Source of the DNA: Lophium mytilinum
Lineage: Eukaryota
Assembly (NCBI GenBank): GCA_010093605.1
Contig: MU004188.1
Coordinates: 65,673-129,672, forward strand
Direction: 5' to 3'
DNA: 64,000 bases
The translations under genes and the position numbers were made by a program. Position 1 is the stretch's first letter, and each line of letters opens with the position of its first letter. The notes beneath the pieces were generated by a model that worked only from the letters and a program-made list of their open reading frames with translations, did not search any database and was not told where the DNA came from. Shown piece by piece: positions 1 through 11,607 of this stretch.

Positions 1-489
1 CTATTTATAAACTATATACTTTCTATATACCTCTACTATATACTATCTATATACTATATAGCCTTTCTATCTCTAATAGTCTATATAGCTACTATTTAAT
101 TTACCTTACTACCTTAGATAAAGGCCCCGCAAGCGTACTACTTATACGCGGGCCCTTACGCTAATTCTATACTAGCCCTACATCTAGATTCTACTTAGCC
201 TAAACCTAGAAGGATAATAATAAACCTTTCTAGATAGATATAGAAAGATATATCTTAATAGCTTATTCTATAGTAGTTCTTATAGATCTACTATATATCC
301 CCTATAGTAAAATATAAAGAAGAAGGGCGCCTAATACTAGATATAATAGAGGATAAGGTTTTTACCTAAATACTACCCGGTAGTAAATAGTTTCCCCTTA
401 TAAATTAGCCTAGATAGAACAGCTATATAGACCCTAACGGGAGCTATACTAGTATAATAGAATTTAATAAATAATAAATAAATACTATC

Positions 490-1200
490 TAGGTTAAAAA
501 CTTAATTTTTTAGTAAAAAACTATATCTACTATATACTACCTAAATTATATACTACTAGCTAGAGTTAAACTACTATATCTAGGTTAATCTACCTAGGTT
601 AAAAACTCTATCTACTATAAACTACTTAGATTAAATACTATTAGCTAGTATTAAACTTTTATACTATTTTAATCTACCTAGGTTAAAAACTCTACCTAGG
701 TTAAAAACTCTATCTAGGTTAAAAACTCTATCTAGGTTAAAAACTCTATCTACTATATACTAATTAGGTTAAATACTATTAGCTAGTATTTAACTATATC
801 TACTTTAGTATATCTAGGTTAAATACTCTATCTATTAAATAATAACTATACCTATTCTATATAACTTATATTAAATACTACTTACTAGTATTAAACTACT
901 ATACTTACCTTAGTATACTTAGGTTAAATACTTTATCTATTAGTTAATAACTATACTTATTTTATACTACTTAGGTTAAATACTACTAGCTAGTATTAAA
1001 CTACTATACCTACTTTAGTATATCTAGGTTAAATACTCTATCTACTAGTTAATAACTATATTTATTCTCTACTACTTAGGTTAAATACTACTAGCTAGCA
1101 TTAAACTACTATATCTACTTTAGTATATCTAGGTTAAATACTCTATCTATTAGTTAATAACTATACTTATTCTATTCTACCTAGCTTAAATACTTAAAAA
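490..1200. repeat. Tandem repeat array with 18-bp units and ~105-bp units
   Basis: CTA(C/T)CTAGGTTAAAAACT repeated about 4 times at ~675-750. A longer unit beginning TTAGGTTAAATACTA-like recurs at 764, 866, 971 and 1076 (period 102-105). Confidence 0.85.
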
Positions 1201-1839
1201 CTAAGTATTATACTTAAAATTCTAAATAGGCTAATACTATAGTAGCTAGTATCTATTACGCTTTAGTACTAGAAAATAAGTATAAATATAGAATCTATCT
1301 CCCTAGAACCCTCTTTCTTTTTCTTTACCTTTAACTATACTTTTATCTACCTACTAGTATCTTCTATAGCTACTTACTATAGTAAATACTTTATCTACTT
1401 ATACCTAGCTATTACTATCTAAACTACTACTTATTTTATACCTATCTACTTTCTTTTATACCTATTTATCTTCTTTTAAATAGCTATTCTACTTATATCT
1501 ATCTATTTCCTCTTAAACTACTACTCTATTTATACTTTACTACCTTCTTCTAAAGTACTATATTTCTATTTCTATTCTTTATTATCTATAACTACTAGGT
1601 AAGTAAAACTTAATATTATATTATATCTACTAACCTATTTATAGATCTAATAAACTCTTAAAAAAAAATAAGTTATCTTTTTAGTAAAGTATTTCTATTA
1701 TTTCTTATTCTTTTTACTTAACTCTTTTTACTAACTAGTTTTATAGCGCGCTCTATTTTACTTATTTATCTACTTATTAAAAGCTATAATACTACCTAAA
1801 GTTTTAAAGCTATTAAATCTATAAAAAATATTATCTCCT

Positions 1840-4800
1840 ATAGAGTTATCTACTACTAGTATTTCTTCTCTTACTAGTTCTAGTTCTAGTTCTAATAGTA
1901 GCTATAACTCTATTATTATTAGCTCTTCTACTACTACTAAGAAAGCTAATAAAGATTCTATAGAAGATAGTTCTAGTTCTAGTACTAGTTCTAATAATAC
2001 TAGTAATTCTATTACTAGTAGTTCTAAGTATACTAAAGTATTAGAATTACCTAATAACTTTATTTATAGTAAGGACTTTAAGATTATTATATNNNNNNNN
2101 NNNNNNNNNNNNNNNNNNNNNNNNNNNNNNNNNNNNNNNNNNNNNNNNNNNNNNNNNNNNNNNNNNNNNNNNNNNNNNNNNNNNNNNNNNNNNNNNNNNN
2201 NNNNNNNNNNNNNNNNNNNNNNNNNNNNNNNNNNNNNNNNNNNNNNNNNNNNNNNNNNNNNNNNNNNNNNNNNNNNNNNNNNNNNNNNNNNNNNNNNNNN
2301 NNNNNNNNNNNNNNNNNNNNNNNNNNNNNNNNNNNNNNNNNNNNNNNNNNNNNNNNNNNNNNNNNNNNNNNNNNNNNNNNNNNNNNNNNNNNNNNNNNNN
2401 NNNNNNNNNNNNNNNNNNNNNNNNNNNNNNNNNNNNNNNNNNNNNNNNNNNNNNNNNNNNNNNNNNNNNNNNNNNNNNNNNNNNNNNNNNNNNNNNNNNN
2501 NNNNNNNNNNNNNNNNNNNNNNNNNNNNNNNNNNNNNNNNNNNNNNNNNNNNNNNNNNNNNNNNNNNNNNNNNNNNNNNNNNNNNNNNNNNNNNNNNNNN
2601 NNNNNNNNNNNNNNNNNNNNNNNNNNNNNNNNNNNNNNNNNNNNNNNNNNNNNNNNNNNNNNNNNNNNNNNNNNNNNNNNNNNNNNNNNNNNNNNNNNNN
2701 NNNNNNNNNNNNNNNNNNNNNNNNNNNNNNNNNNNNNNNNNNNNNNNNNNNNNNNNNNNNNNNNNNNNNNNNNNNNNNNNNNNNNNNNNNNNNNNNNNNN
2801 NNNNNNNNNNNNNNNNNNNNNNNNNNNNNNNNNNNNNNNNNNNNNNNNNNNNNNNNNNNNNNNNNNNNNNNNNNNNNNNNNNNNNNNNNNNNNNNNNNNN
2901 NNNNNNNNNNNNNNNNNNNNNNNNNNNNNNNNNNNNNNNNNNNNNNNNNNNNNNNNNNNNNNNNNNNNNNNNNNNNNNNNNNNNNNNNNNNNNNNNNNNN
3001 NNNNNNNNNNNNNNNNNNNNNNNNNNNNNNNNNNNNNNNNNAGCATTCTTTAGAAGAAAATAGTTTATTTAATAGCCCTATTATAACTTTTCTTATTCTA
3101 AGTAGTATAGATCCTACTACTAAGCTATTTAAGAAAGAAGATAATATACAGTAATATACTAGCTACTTAATTTATACTTTTAGACTTTTATTCTTAAAAG
3201 ATATATATAATAATTCTAAAAGTAAAAACTTTAATTTAGAAGTAGAATTCTATAAGAATAAGTTTAAGCTATTAGAGACTAAATCTAGAAATTACTTTAT
3301 AGAGATTTTATACTATAGAAAACTTATTAAAAAGCTATCTATTATATATACTACTAATAGTAAAATAGTAGAAATAGATAAAGATAATATAGCTATAGAT
3401 AATAAAACTCTTAATATTACTAAGCTACCTAAGTTCTTTAAGTATATTTTAAATATTCTAGAGGATATACTCTATAAAGAACTACTAGTAGATATTAATA
3501 AAAGAGAATATAATATAAATTTTAACTCTCTTAAAGATATACCTTTAGAAAGTAAAAAAGACTATTACTTTATAGACTATATAGAAACTAGCTCTTATTA
3601 TAATCTAAGTAAATATACTACTCTTTTAGAAGATAAAGTACTAGATAGAGAAACTTCTTTTAGTAAGAAGTATATTAAAGATATAAGTTCTACTTTAGAG
3701 TATACTTTTAATACTAAAAATACTACTACTTTTCTAAAAGCTAGAAAAAGATTTATAGAGTATTTAGCACTAGCTATTTATTTAACTAGCGGTTCCCCTT
3801 TAAGAGGAGAAGAAGTAGTATTATTTATTTATAAAAATACTATAGAAACCGGTTTAAGAGACTTAACTATAGAACCTAGATTAGGATTAATAAGACTTAA
3901 TAGTAGGTAGCATAAAATGTAAAATACTACTAATATAGGTTCTAAAAGTACTAGATACTTTAGGCCTAAGCTAAGTAATATACTTAACCTATATCTACTA
4001 GTAGTACTACCTTTTTATAACTTTCTATCTATTAAAGCCTTAGGAATTACTACTATTAATCCTTATTTACTAGAGTATAATAATACTATTATTAAATCTA
4101 GTTCTATCTCTAATCTACTAGTTAAAGAAACTAAGAACTTCTTTAAAGTAGGAATTAATATTAGTAACTATAGGCAGTTAATAGATTATATTTTAAAGTA
4201 TAAAATAGGTACTAAAACTATTAATAAAGATACTTTTAAAGATACTATTACTATAGAAGATATGCAAGCTAATAGAAATACTATTACTAGTAATAGAAAC
4301 TACGGCCGCCCTTTTAGCTTAGCTAGAAATACTACTAAGCCTTTAGAAGAAGAGTTCTTTTTAGCTAGTATTAGATTTTTAACTTACTTTAATCTAATAG
4401 AGCTAGAAGGTAACCCTTTTAATATTACTTTTATTTCTAGTTTAGCTCCTATTAAGCTAGTAGATAAAAATACTAATTCTATAGCTAGTAGCTCTAGTAG
4501 AAAGTATAGACGGTAGAAATCTAGTATAAATAATTCTACTAGTTCTACTATAACTAAGAAAGCTAAGCTTAAAAATATAGAAATAGAAGAGAGTTCTTTT
4601 AATAATACTAGTATTAATATACCTACTAGTTTAAAAAAGAAAAGTAAATCTAAAGATAAAGCTAGAAAAGATTCTTCTTCTAGTAATAATATATCTATTA
4701 GTAGAACTACTAGAAATATACTTAAAAGTAAAGATAAAAAGTATATAGAAATAAGTTCTAATAACTCTTCTTCTACTTCTAGTAATAATCTACCTATATT

Positions 4801-5650
4801 ACCTAGTAATAGCCCTACTCCTACTAGAGTATCTAATACTTATTCTTCTAGTATTACTAAAAGAAATAAAGATACTATATTACCTAGTAGTAGTATAGTA
4901 CCTAATACTTATCCTAGTAGTATTATTAGAAAAGATAAAGAGTTTAACTTATCTAATACTAGTAGAGTACCTAATACTTATTCTAGTAAGCTTTCTATTA
5001 ATACTAAAGCTAAAAAGAATACTAGTACTACTTTAACTAGCCCTACTAAAAAGCTAGGCTTTCTAGAAGATATAGAAAGAGAAGAAGAAAAAAATATTAC
5101 TACTAAATCTAAGTCTAGTTCTAAGCTTTTATTCTTAGAAGAACTAGAAAAAGAAGAAGATAATAGCTATATTATTAGTATATTAGAACAGCTAGATACT
5201 TTAAAAGAAATCTGCTTTTACTGCTTTAATAATAGAGATAGTAATTATAAATAGCATAGTATATATAACTGCCCTAATTCTAAAAGAAAACTAATATTTA
5301 AAGCTATTCTACCTATTAAAGAAGAAATATATAACTTAGGCTTATTAAATAATACTAATACCTGCTTAGAATGCTTTCTACCTTTAGAAGTATGCCTAGC
5401 TAATAGAATAGAGCCTAGTATATGCATATATAAAGATATTATTCTATTAGCTACTTATTTAGCTAGAAATCTAGAAGGTAGAGATTTATATAGCTTTAAG
5501 TTATTAGAAGGTAATAAAGATACTTACTACTTAGTAGAAGACTTTACTAGAACTATCTTTACTATTAAAGAAGATACTTCTTATATTAGAGGCTTAGATT
5601 TAATACTAGAATTAAATCTAGACTATATTTATAGTAAGATAAAGATTTAA
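1840..5650 (+). pseudogene. DUF3505(OrsD)-like N-terminus, tyrosine-recombinase-like core and C-terminal Cys/His Zn-finger; mobile-element-type gene spanning the gap
   Basis: Open frame 1840-2092 ends FIYSKDFKIII at the gap, resembling the start of DUF3505. After the gap one frame (3044-5650) gives FNSPIITFLILSSI, YLTSGSPLRGEE..YKN, R*HK, RYF..LYLLVVLPF, GINISNYRQ, DMQA..NYGR and CFYC..H..C..CLEC.LP..C..CIYKD. It has 5 internal stops (3152, 3908, 3920, 4514, 5252). Joining the two sides of the gap is inferred. Confidence 0.7.
2093..3041. other. Assembly gap (N run)
   Basis: Run of N; a second 10-N gap lies at 6659-6668. Confidence 1.
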
Positions 5651-5999
5651 TATATAGTAGTTCTAAAAACTACTTAGTATTAGAGTTTATTCTATATAGT
5701 TAAAGGTTTAGTTTAGAGTTATATTACTATTAAGGCGTTAGAGAGTACTTTTCTAGAAGTTTTTATAAGAAAGAAAAAAAAACTAGTATATAGTTTAAAT
5801 AGATTTTTAATTTAAGCTATTATACTTATATATTCTATTTCTATTTACTAACTACTAACTATATATTTTTAGAGTTTAGAGTACTATTAACTTTATATCT
5901 AGTATATATATTTTACTTAGAGGCGCTAATTAATAAGATATAAGCTATTAATAGTTAAAATATAGACTAATATTATTACTAAGTAGTTATTTATATTAT

Positions 6000-7170
6000 A
6001 CATCTATATTTTATTATTATTTCTTACTACTAGCTTTATCTTATAAAATTATTCTACTACTACTTAGTATAGGTAAGTATTACTAGTAGACTTAGTATTA
6101 GGTATATAGTATAAGTATATTTTATTATTTATATTACTACTAGTTACTTTTACTTCTATTTATATTAAGTATTACTACTAAGTAAATAGCTATATATTAT
6201 AGCTAAACTCTACTATTTATTACTTTCTATAAATTAGTCTTACTATTAGACTTAGTATTAGTTAGTACTTATAAGTATATCTTATTATTTCTATTACTAC
6301 TAGTTACTTTTACTACTATTTTCTATTTTATTACTATTTAGTATTATTATTAGGCTAGTAGCTATATATTATAAGATAAATCTACTAGTTATAACTTATT
6401 ATAGCTTAGTACTACTAGTAAGCTTAGTAATAGTTAGTATTAGTAAGTATATCTTATTATATCTATTACTACCAGTATTACTACTAGTTACTTTTTCTAT
6501 TATTTAGTACTTTTTTTACTATTTAGGTATATTACTAAGCTAGTATCTATATATTATAAGCTTATTATACTAGTTACTACTTATTATAGCTTAGTTTTAC
6601 TAGTATATATAATATTAGCTAGTAATTATTATTATATCTTAGTATTTCTATTACTACTNNNNNNNNNNTACTATTACTATGCTAGTAGCTATATAAAATA
6701 AACTATTTCTAGTAGTTATAACTTAATATAGCCTAGGTTTATTAGTATACTTAATAATAACTTCTTATTACTATTAAATCTTATTATTTCTATTACTACT
6801 ATTTACTTTTCTATTACTACTATTTACTTTTCTATTACTACTATTTACTTTTCTATTACTACTAGTATTACTACTAGTTAATCTTTTTCTTTTTCTAAGT
6901 ATTACTACTAGTAGTTACTTATTATAGTATAGTTTTATTAGTAAGCTTAGTATTAGCTTATTATTACTATTAACTTTTCTACTATTTATATATATTACTA
7001 AGCTAGTAGCTATATAAAATAAGCTAATTCTACTAGTTATAGCTTAGTATAGCTTAGTTTTATTAGTATATTTAATATTAGCTAGTAATTACTATTAAAT
7101 CCTATTATTTCTATTACTACTAGTATTACTACCATTAATAGTATTATTACTAGTAGTAGTAGTATTATAG
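6000..7170. repeat. RIP-degenerated imperfect tandem repeat, period about 160-180 bp
   Basis: Recurring CTTAGTA(T/A)TAG...TAAGTATATCTTATTAT.TCTATTACTAC blocks at about 6090, 6250 and 6420, with further degenerate copies. A 21-bp sub-repeat TTCTATTACTACTATTTACTT occurs at about 6788-6860. Confidence 0.7.
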
Positions 7171-7179
7171 CCTATAATC

Positions 7180-8550
7180 TTTAGGCTAAATAGAACCCTC
7201 TATATACTCTAATATAAAGCTTTAGAAAATAGCGTTCTTCTTCTTTTAAAGAAAGAATATAGCTAGAAAGGAGCAATTTATATTAGATACGCCGGTAATA
7301 ATTCTAAGCTTTAATTTAGCCTAATTTATATTAAAAGTAGCGTCTATCTAGTAGTAATAATTAGTAATAAATCTCTAGCTAAAAGCCTCTATATTCTTAG
7401 TCTAGAAGACTATCTACTAGAGATTATAGGCTATATATTTACCTATATATAGATTAACTTTATATATATATTATAAGCGGTATTTAAAGCCTATAGCGTA
7501 TAGGTAGAGCTCTAGAGCTAATAGAGCGTTCTTCTTTATATACTAGTTAGATAGAAAAGTATATAGCTCTTAGGCTAGGTTATAGAACTTCTATTTAGAT
7601 ATACTTAATTTCTATAGGCTTAATTAACGCCTAGTAGTTCTCTATATCTTATTAGTTTACTAAAGCTTAATTGCCCTCTCTATAGCTTTATAGGCCTCCG
7701 GCTAGTAATTTCTATAGGTAATATAGATAAGAGGATTAGATATTATTAAGTAAGCTACTTTCTCCGTGCTAGAGGCTTTTTAAAAGTAATCTAGGTATAT
7801 AATTATAGCTATCTAGCTTATTACCTTTTAGTTTCTTACTATATATTTCTAAGAGATATAAATACTCTATAAGTAGTTAAACTTACTTACTATAGTTCTC
7901 TTCCTCTATCTACTACCTTTCTCTTTAAAATCTATAAGCTAGTAATAGTTATATAATTCTAAACTATAGTATTTATATACTATTTAAACTACTATTACTT
8001 TAGATATAGGCTTAACTAATCTAGAGTTCTATACTATAAGAAAGCCTTTAAAGAAGAAGTAGTTAGTAAAGCGCTTAATAGCCTTCTCTAATAAGTTAAA
8101 CTACTTACCCTTAAATAGCTCTAGAAGGTAGTAAGCTAGCATTTAATTAATTACTTTTTATATAGGGGGAATAAGATTCTAGTATAATTAGAGGTCTAGA
8201 ATCTAAATCTATTACTTTTAAGAAGGTATAAGAGAGCCTAAGTATAGCTATAGTTTATTTAAGAAGGTTAGTACTAGTTTAGAAGTATAGAGTTAAAAAT
8301 TAGTAGTATTTTAATTTTTTTAAGTAGGTAATATATTAATAGATTCTAGAAGTAGAGGAAACTTATCTAGATACCTAGGGGGACTACTTTTAGTATAAAT
8401 AGTAGGGCTAGATATTCTTAGAGGTATAGAACTAGAGCTCCGCATACTTAGCTAATAAGAAAGAATATACTAAGGTATAAGAGGGGTTAATTTAATTAAA
8501 ATTAGCCTCTCTATATAGCTAGGTATATAGCTATAGACTTAGCCGCTTAT
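7180..8550 (-). pseudogene. RIP-degraded Mutator-like (MULE) transposase relic, 3'-truncated
   Basis: Minus-strand translation near 7380-7260 reads F.*RFITNYYY*IDATFNIN*AKLKLRIITGVSNINCSF, matching the MULE D(A/G)TFNTN..L...G..N...SFP core. Many TAA/TAG stops. Confidence 0.75.
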
Positions 8551-9512
8551 ATAAGTATATAATTAAGTAAATTAAATAGGCTATAGGCGTAAAGGCTAAT
8601 TAAAATAGAAAGGCTAAGAATAGAAAGGCTAAATATAGGTAGAGTATAGTAATAGAATAGTATATAGTATAGAAGAAGGCCTTTTAATTAAAGATTTATA
8701 TAAAGAAAGAGGGCTTCCTTTATTATTTAATAATAGATTAGATATTATATATATAGAGAATAAATAGAAAATAAAAATAGAAGAGAGAAAAGCTATTTAA
8801 TATTAAAATTAATAAAATTAAAGAGAATTTCTATAATAAATATACCTATACAGGCGCGTTAAGTGCGCGGTTCCCTACTATTAATTAATAATATATTCTT
8901 ACTTCTATCTAAACTTTATATACTAGCTATAATATATAGATATATAGCTATTAATCTATTATATTAGATTCTAATTATAATAAATATTAGTAGAGTTATA
9001 ATTTTTTAAAGTGGGGTATATTAACGTGGCCGTATTTATTTTATAGTGTTTATAAAATAGGCGAGCGAGCACGTAACATATCGGCCGGTCGAATCGGCCT
9101 GCCCCGAACGGTTCCGCTGACTCCTACACCTGGATGAACCAACATTTTCGCGACACAAACTCCGATGCGGACAACAAATCCGTTTGAGAATTCACTCGCC
9201 GATGACTACGGGCCTCAATCAATTATTCCACTGTCTTGTTGAGTTTTTGGATGAGGCCTGAACGAGTTGCACGTTCATTTAGGCTCCACCGAGCGCAGAC
9301 TGCTGCTACTTGACCCGTGTGCACATGAGCTATTCTCGCTCTTTTCATCATCCAACCCTCTCCTCGATCAGCGCCACTCTCTACCTAGGCCGCTTCCGGG
9401 CTATCTGAGACGGTCTTCATGAACATTTCGATTAGATAACACGGCTAGGCTGGGTCCCTGAAAACTAAAGAGGCAAAGGACGCGTAGTTCAAGACTAAAC
9501 ACCCGCCAATTT

Positions 9513-10899
9513 TTGCGTCCTCATGCACCAGCAACATGTCGGAAACTACCTGGCGTATCCCCGACCATTCAGATAGTCTCCCCGGGTGACCCCCTACTAT
9601 ACTGCAGCAGACGTTGCTTCAACGTTCCATCTATCCATCGAAGGTCTTTCCCATCCGGTGCTACAATCTCAATTCGGAAGCCAATTAGCTCGTATGGCAG
9701 CAACCTGCCACCGCCAAAAACTCCCCAACCTGGCTTCGGCGCCCCGCGAGACGATGTAGCGTTTCCTGAGGCAACAGATCCGCACCCTCCCAGATTTCCC
9801 CCAATTGAGCAGGAAATCGTCTCCGATTCCTCATGCGTTCAGCATTTATCCATCCATGAGGGCCGAAACTCGAGAGCTGGAGGAAGTAAGGCGCACGGCG
9901 GACCGAATGAAGGTATTGGAGCAAGACGAACCGCACGAAGACCTTGAAGCAAGACGGATTGTACACAGGTCTTGGAATAAGACAGACTACATAGTGAGAA
10001 TGGGAAAGAGAAACAGAGGTAACGCCCTTGCTGTAGCCCTCATCACTTTTCCTTTGACCAAGGCCCTGAAGCAAGACGTTGGCGGGGCTCCCTAGTACAC
10101 CGCAGGCTTTCATCCTAACCATAATACGCCCCAGCTCACGCGTTATCTGATCTCAAACCCGACGAGATCCAAATACCAGGCGCCTTTGTGCCTAACCCAG
10201 AAGGGCACACGTCGAACTCGATGGGTGACGGACCGTATGACAAATTTGCAAAAGGCAATGAGGGCGAATTTAGAACAGGTCTTTTAGACTTCTCAACCCA
10301 TTTTTGCGGGCAGAACTCGCTAGCAGCCAACAGGGTTTGATCCTTTCGCAGTATGCACCGGCTCCATCGCAGGATCAACCTCAATCAAGACAAACTCACC
10401 TCCCACTGTCGACATGGGTAATAACACCAAACACACCTGCAACCGTGCTGCCGCTCTTGGAAATTGGACCGGCGCCGCCATTCTCGAGGGCCACGGCGCT
10501 CACGACAACTGGGGCGGGTATGGCAGCTACATCTCGCTCTCCAACCACCTGATCGTTGCTAAGAACCGCGAGATGGAGAAACTGATTATGTTACGGGCAA
10601 CTTGCGAGGCAAGGTCGCAGAGAATAAGTCCAACACGTACCCATGCGCTCACCATTTCTACATATTAAGAAGCACCCAGAGAATAAGTTCCAGTAAGAAG
10701 CGGTGGTGTAATGCTTGACATTGTCGTGAGGCAGCGGGCGAAGCGCTTCAAGGCGAAGGCGGCGGCGCACAAAGCCAGGGGGAAACTTGTCCGTAGTATT
10801 CATCCAGATCACGAAACACGCTACTTATTCACTTACCCGCATAAGTACTCCACCGCTCCCGCGGATAGCAACTGCTCCTTTTGTCAGCCCTCCGTTTAG
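9513..10899 (+). pseudogene. Possible degenerate hypothetical gene (staggered short ORFs)
   Basis: Consecutive protein-like plus-strand ORFs in different frames (9513-9947, 9805-10095, 10414-10668, 10711-10899) next to the RIP block; no family recognised. Confidence 0.25.
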
Positions 10900-11607
10900 A
10901 CGCTTGTGTTGCAAGAGACATCGCGTTGAGACGCCTTGGCTAGATGCTGAGGGGATTTGCACCTAAAATCACGAAGCAATCCTTGCGTCTTGGGGCTGCC
11001 CTTGACCATATGCTTATCCGCCGCGTATGCCAGCAATGCCGGGCCACAGGGATAGGAGTGATTCATCAGGGGTTCGGTAGATGGCCGAGTAATGGGTTAG
11101 TTGATGAGCGAGGAAAGAAGCTAGCTTTAAACTATTGCGGACGCCTCAACTATGTATGAGAAAAGAAATGCCCTAACATCGCAGGATCAAAAATGTCTAT
11201 AAAGACTTCTGTTGCTGTATAAGACAAGAAACGAGGTGATCGGGGTCAGGGAAGTAGCTCAAATTTGTTCTCGTTCTGGGTACCCTAGATGCGAGGACTC
11301 TGAGGAGGTCGGCGGAATCTTACGAGTCACTGGCAGAGTCAGAGATGGCCTGAAATGATGTCCTCGGCGAGTCGCGATGACTGGATCGAGGCATGAATGG
11401 ATCATTCTTCTTAGAGCTTTGTAAGGCCTAGATGGAAGGAAACAAACAGTGCTACCGGGAGAGGAAGAAAGAAGAAGTGCTGACATTCATCTGCTATCCC
11501 TTAAACCCTCTCAAATTCAATTGCAATAAGCTCGTCAACGCAATAGCTACACTGCCTCTGGAAGCTCCCCAGTTTCATAAGCACCCATCGCCCTATTTCA
11601 TGCAAAT

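Larger units (their letters stand above)
1..9078. mobile_element. AT-rich RIP-affected block of nested transposon relics
   Basis: Very AT-rich with abundant TA/TAG/CTA and almost no CA/TG dinucleotides. Abrupt switch to GC-balanced sequence at about 9060-9080. Contains recognisable transposase and recombinase-like relics. Confidence 0.93.

Noticed and set aside
121..157. GC-rich imperfect hairpin inside the AT-rich block
   Set aside because: The arms are short and imperfect, and GC/CG runs are not RIP targets, so their survival needs no special explanation.
2087..3046. 319-aa ORF in the track
   Set aside because: Artefact of the N gap.
1840..5650. Starship captain (DUF3435) interpretation, with the downstream genes as cargo
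   Set aside because: The motifs fit the DUF3505-associated type, not DUF3435. No element boundary was found, and downstream genes such as alpha-glucan synthase look like ordinary chromosomal genes.
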